A stretch of 64,000 bases of DNA from an uncultured virus (IMG/VR IMGVR_UViG_3300032167_000055) (taxonomy: Duplodnaviria > Heunggongvirae > Uroviricota > Caudoviricetes): the IMG/VR virus record IMGVR_UViG_3300032167_000055; one strand, given 5' to 3'. Positions 61,124 through 64,000 of this stretch are shown here, piece by piece. Both the position numbers and the translations under genes were made by a program. The notes under the pieces were generated by a model that was not told the DNA's origin, did no database searches, and saw nothing but the letters and a program-made list of their open reading frames with translations. Positions within the stretch are counted from its first letter, which is position 1. Each line of letters starts with the position of its first letter.

Positions 61124-61969
61124 ATGAATTACTGGTCAAAAAAGACACTAAACAAACAACATGCAATTGAACACCTTACAGAAGTATGTAAGTATTTCGC
61201 AAAAGAAATCTCAAAAAGTATTGAAAATACCGAAGAATATACAGAAGATGATTGTAGAATGTTTCTTATTCGTAACTTAGAGAGTGAAGACTCTATGGGT
61301 TATTGTATTTCTGTAGATTTTGAAAGAAAAGGTATCATCGAAGCAGTTCTCGATAATAAAAGTAAATCGAAAATTGCAATACTCAATTTTGCATCTTATA
61401 AAAATCCTGGTGGGATGTATCTCAATGGTTCTTCTGCTCAAGAAGAGTGTATTTGTCATTCCAGTACATTATTTCCAGTATTAGAATCGTTCAATGATAC
61501 GTTCTATCATTTCAACAGAGAAAATAAAAACAAAGCACTCTATACGAATAGAATGCTGTATAGTCCTGATATAGTGATTATGGAAGGAAACAAAAAACGA
61601 TTAGTAGATGTTATCACTATTGCAGCACCTAATAGAGGAGCTGCACTTAAAAACGGAGTATCCGAAGATGAAATTGAAACTACTATGAGAGAACGAATAA
61701 TTTGTACACTCGAGGTTGCTAAATCTCATGGTGTTAAAACATTATTCCTTGGAGCATTCGGTTGTGGAGTCTTCAAAAACAATCCTGAAGTAGTTGCAAG
61801 AATATTTTGTGATGAACTTAAAAAGTATCCAGAGATGAAATTCGTATTTCCTATTCCTGATGAAGAGAATTACAATGCATTTTCATCAATATTAACAGAA
61901 ACATTTGTTAGAGGATTGCTTGGAGATAATCCATCAGGGAAAGATCCAATATCAATAACTGAATTTTAA
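61124..61969 (+). CDS. TIGR02452-family macrodomain (PARG-like ADP-ribose hydrolase)
   Basis: 'LNFASYKNPGGMYLNGSSAQEECIC', 'LYSPD', 'LGAFGCGVFKN'. Confidence 0.85.
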   Translation: MNYWSKKTLNKQHAIEHLTEVCKYFAKEISKSIENTEEYTEDDCRMFLIRNLESEDSMGYCISVDFERKGIIEAVLDNKSKSKIAILNFASYKNPGGMYLNGSSAQEECICHSSTLFPVLESFNDTFYHFNRENKNKALYTNRMLYSPDIVIMEGNKKRLVDVITIAAPNRGAALKNGVSEDEIETTMRERIICTLEVAKSHGVKTLFLGAFGCGVFKNNPEVVARIFCDELKKYPEMKFVFPIPDEENYNAFSSILTETFVRGLLGDNPSGKDPISITEF

Positions 61970-62074
61970 GATAAGAGGGTGGTGGTTATTCATCACCCTC
62001 TTATTTTTTTTTCTATAAAGACGTTTTCGTAAATTATCACATTATTATAAGAAAAATGAAAGGGATGGTTTAAA

Positions 62075-62566
62075 ATGAATAGTGTGTTATTAAATGATGA
62101 AAGAACCGATCTCTGTTTATCTTTACCTCCGTTATTAAAACGGCTCGCAATTATGTCATATAAGTTATCTTCTAAATTCTTTGATTCTCTCAAAGTTAGA
62201 TGCTTATCCCATGGTATTGAATATCCAGGGGATGACTTTTTGTCTGATGTAGCAGTACTGATGTACTTGTTACCTGGTAAAGTTATGACAGAAGAGGAAC
62301 TTTCTATACGTTATACCGCTTTAAACTATTCTATACATATTAATGAATTTTTACGTATCATGAAAGTAATGAATGAATTCATTCTTCTTGATAAGAGTAA
62401 TGCATTAAAGATGTATACTGTAATAGAAAAAGCGAAACATGAAGACCCTATTCTGTTTATCCTCTGTACATTAGACTATGCTTCGAAGCTTAAAGTATAT
62501 CTTAACCACAGATACGACGACGTCGGTTGTGTGTTGTCTGATTGTATGGATCATTTTCTTGAATAG
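62075..62566 (+). CDS. Hypothetical protein
   Basis: 163-aa ORF. Confidence 0.6.
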   Translation: MNSVLLNDERTDLCLSLPPLLKRLAIMSYKLSSKFFDSLKVRCLSHGIEYPGDDFLSDVAVLMYLLPGKVMTEEELSIRYTALNYSIHINEFLRIMKVMNEFILLDKSNALKMYTVIEKAKHEDPILFILCTLDYASKLKVYLNHRYDDVGCVLSDCMDHFLE

Positions 62567-62624
62567 GAAAAGACCAGTGAGTGTTTTTACTCACTGGTCT
62601 TTTAACTAACCTATTTTCATAAAT

Positions 62625-63527
62625 TTAGACTAATGTAATTTTAGCCCAACCATTTCCATCTCGAACACCATTTTCCATAGAACCTGATGTGACTCCTCCT
62701 ATATATCCAGAACCACCACCAGCTCCAGACCATCCTCCACCAGGACCACCACCATATAATCCGCCTCCGCCACCAGCAGAATTATGGATATCACTATTAG
62801 CTTTTCCGAAAAATCCTCTATATAGGTCAGGGGTTTCACCTATATCATTATAACCACCGGCAGTTTGTGTACCGCCAGTTCCATATGAAAAGTAATCATC
62901 TGAAACATAATCTCCTATAACGGTTCCATTTCCACCAGTAGTTCCACCACCAGTACCACCAACACCATAATGCGTATCATCGTGATATGAAGCGCCTCCT
63001 CCACCACCAGCTACAATAAATAATCCGTTTGTAGATCCATGATCAGCTAACGTTGAGTTGAATGTACCTATATGAGTACATCCTCCTCCACTTCCATTAT
63101 AATATAATACTGTAGGTGCATTAGCACCACCATTATATCCACCAGGGTAAGTTATTGGCTGAGTGTTTATTTCACTACCTCTTTGACTACAATCTGTTCC
63201 TTGTCCACCCACACAGACATATATAGTTTGACCTGCTGTAAGATTTGCATATCCTTTAGCATATCCTCCAAAACCACCTGCAATATGGTTAGTTACATGA
63301 CCGCCTCGTGCACCCTTAACTTCAAGAAGGTATGTACCTGTAACAGGTACAGTAAACGCTTGTACTCCTCCTGTATAATTAAATTCTTTAGATGAAAAAC
63401 TAGAAACTTGCCATACAGTTGTTGTTACTCCATCTTTCACCACATTAACTTTAGTTATTTTAGTAGATCCAACTTTTAAACTACCTTCTGTAGTTGGTAT
63501 AGTAGTATTTCCAACTTTAATAGCCAT
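62625..63527 (-). CDS. Glycine-rich adhesin-like protein (second gene of cassette 9)
   Basis: MAIKVGNTTIPTTEGSLKVG shared N-terminus; 'FNYTGGVQ.FTVP.TG.Y.LEV.GA.GG', 'IVAGGGGG', 'GGGSGYIG' glycine-rich domain. Confidence 0.8.
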   Translation of the reverse strand: MAIKVGNTTIPTTEGSLKVGSTKITKVNVVKDGVTTTVWQVSSFSSKEFNYTGGVQAFTVPVTGTYLLEVKGARGGHVTNHIAGGFGGYAKGYANLTAGQTIYVCVGGQGTDCSQRGSEINTQPITYPGGYNGGANAPTVLYYNGSGGGCTHIGTFNSTLADHGSTNGLFIVAGGGGGASYHDDTHYGVGGTGGGTTGGNGTVIGDYVSDDYFSYGTGGTQTAGGYNDIGETPDLYRGFFGKANSDIHNSAGGGGGLYGGGPGGGWSGAGGGSGYIGGVTSGSMENGVRDGNGWAKITLV

Positions 63528-63540
63528 ATCACAATACCTC

Positions 63541-64000
63541 CTATAAAGTAATAGTTAATGTTGTACCACTTAAAGAAAAATGCGAAGATCTCATTATTTT
63601 TGATATAGTTCCACTATTATTAATATATTTAAGATTTCCATCATTATCTAAATATAATATGCCTGCAACAACTCCAGAATTATGAAAACCATAACTAGCT
63701 CTATTTGAAGTTGTACTAGCATTACTAGCCTCTGCTGAAAAATGGGCTGCAGTATAGTTATTATTAGCTGGGGCAAATGCCATAGATACTTTTTGTGCTC
63801 CAGTGAATGAATTCGATGTTTTTACTGCTTTTGCATTAAGTTGTGTTTGTATATCGCTGGTAACATTTGATAAATATCCAAGTTTATCAATAGTAGTTTT
63901 ATTATTTATTTTATAATTGCTATCAATTGTCATTGTTTTATTAAATGGGTGAATCTGAATCATTGCAGATTCACCTACTACTGTCGTACCATCTTCAGAT
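63541..64000 (-). other. Probable tail-fibre cassette 9 (5' end outside the window)
   Basis: Frame open to the window edge; ends SLSGTTLTITL* like cassettes 1, 7 and 8. Confidence 0.7.

Noticed and set aside
1..64000. tRNA or rRNA genes
   Set aside because: No cloverleaf with T-loop consensus or rRNA-like sequence noticed by eye; tRNAscan-SE would be needed to exclude them.

Overview
AT-rich segment of a phiKZ/AR9-type jumbo phage genome, probably infecting a Firmicute (inferred from the protein families). It encodes two multisubunit RNA polymerase beta-type subunits and a terminase large subunit. The terminase gene is split by two group I introns and the smaller RNAP gene by one; two of these introns carry HNH homing endonucleases. 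Also present are a UvsX/RecA-like recombinase, dUTPase, a Dda-like helicase, a DHH phosphoesterase, an M15 peptidase, baseplate proteins and many putative head proteins. The standout feature is an apparent receptor-binding-protein switching system. There is one complete tail-fibre gene (44937-46817), plus at least eight silent, start-less alternative C-terminal cassettes scattered over the window. Each cassette lies directly behind a near-identical 80-bp hairpin element whose last 11 bp (CTAAATAGTAA, encoding L-N-S-N/K) also occur in frame inside the complete gene. At the complete gene the element looks split: its first 18 bp lie 1.6 kb upstream, so the promoter and constant N-terminus sit where the silent copies have a 51-bp hairpin. 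No dedicated recombinase or reverse transcriptase is visible in the window. Other observations are a double-pseudoknot RNA candidate encoded antisense inside a terminase intron, a second large structured RNA candidate, a shared 5' leader, two promoter-driven small RNA candidates and a probable -1 frameshift. All calls come from manual reading; no database searches were run.
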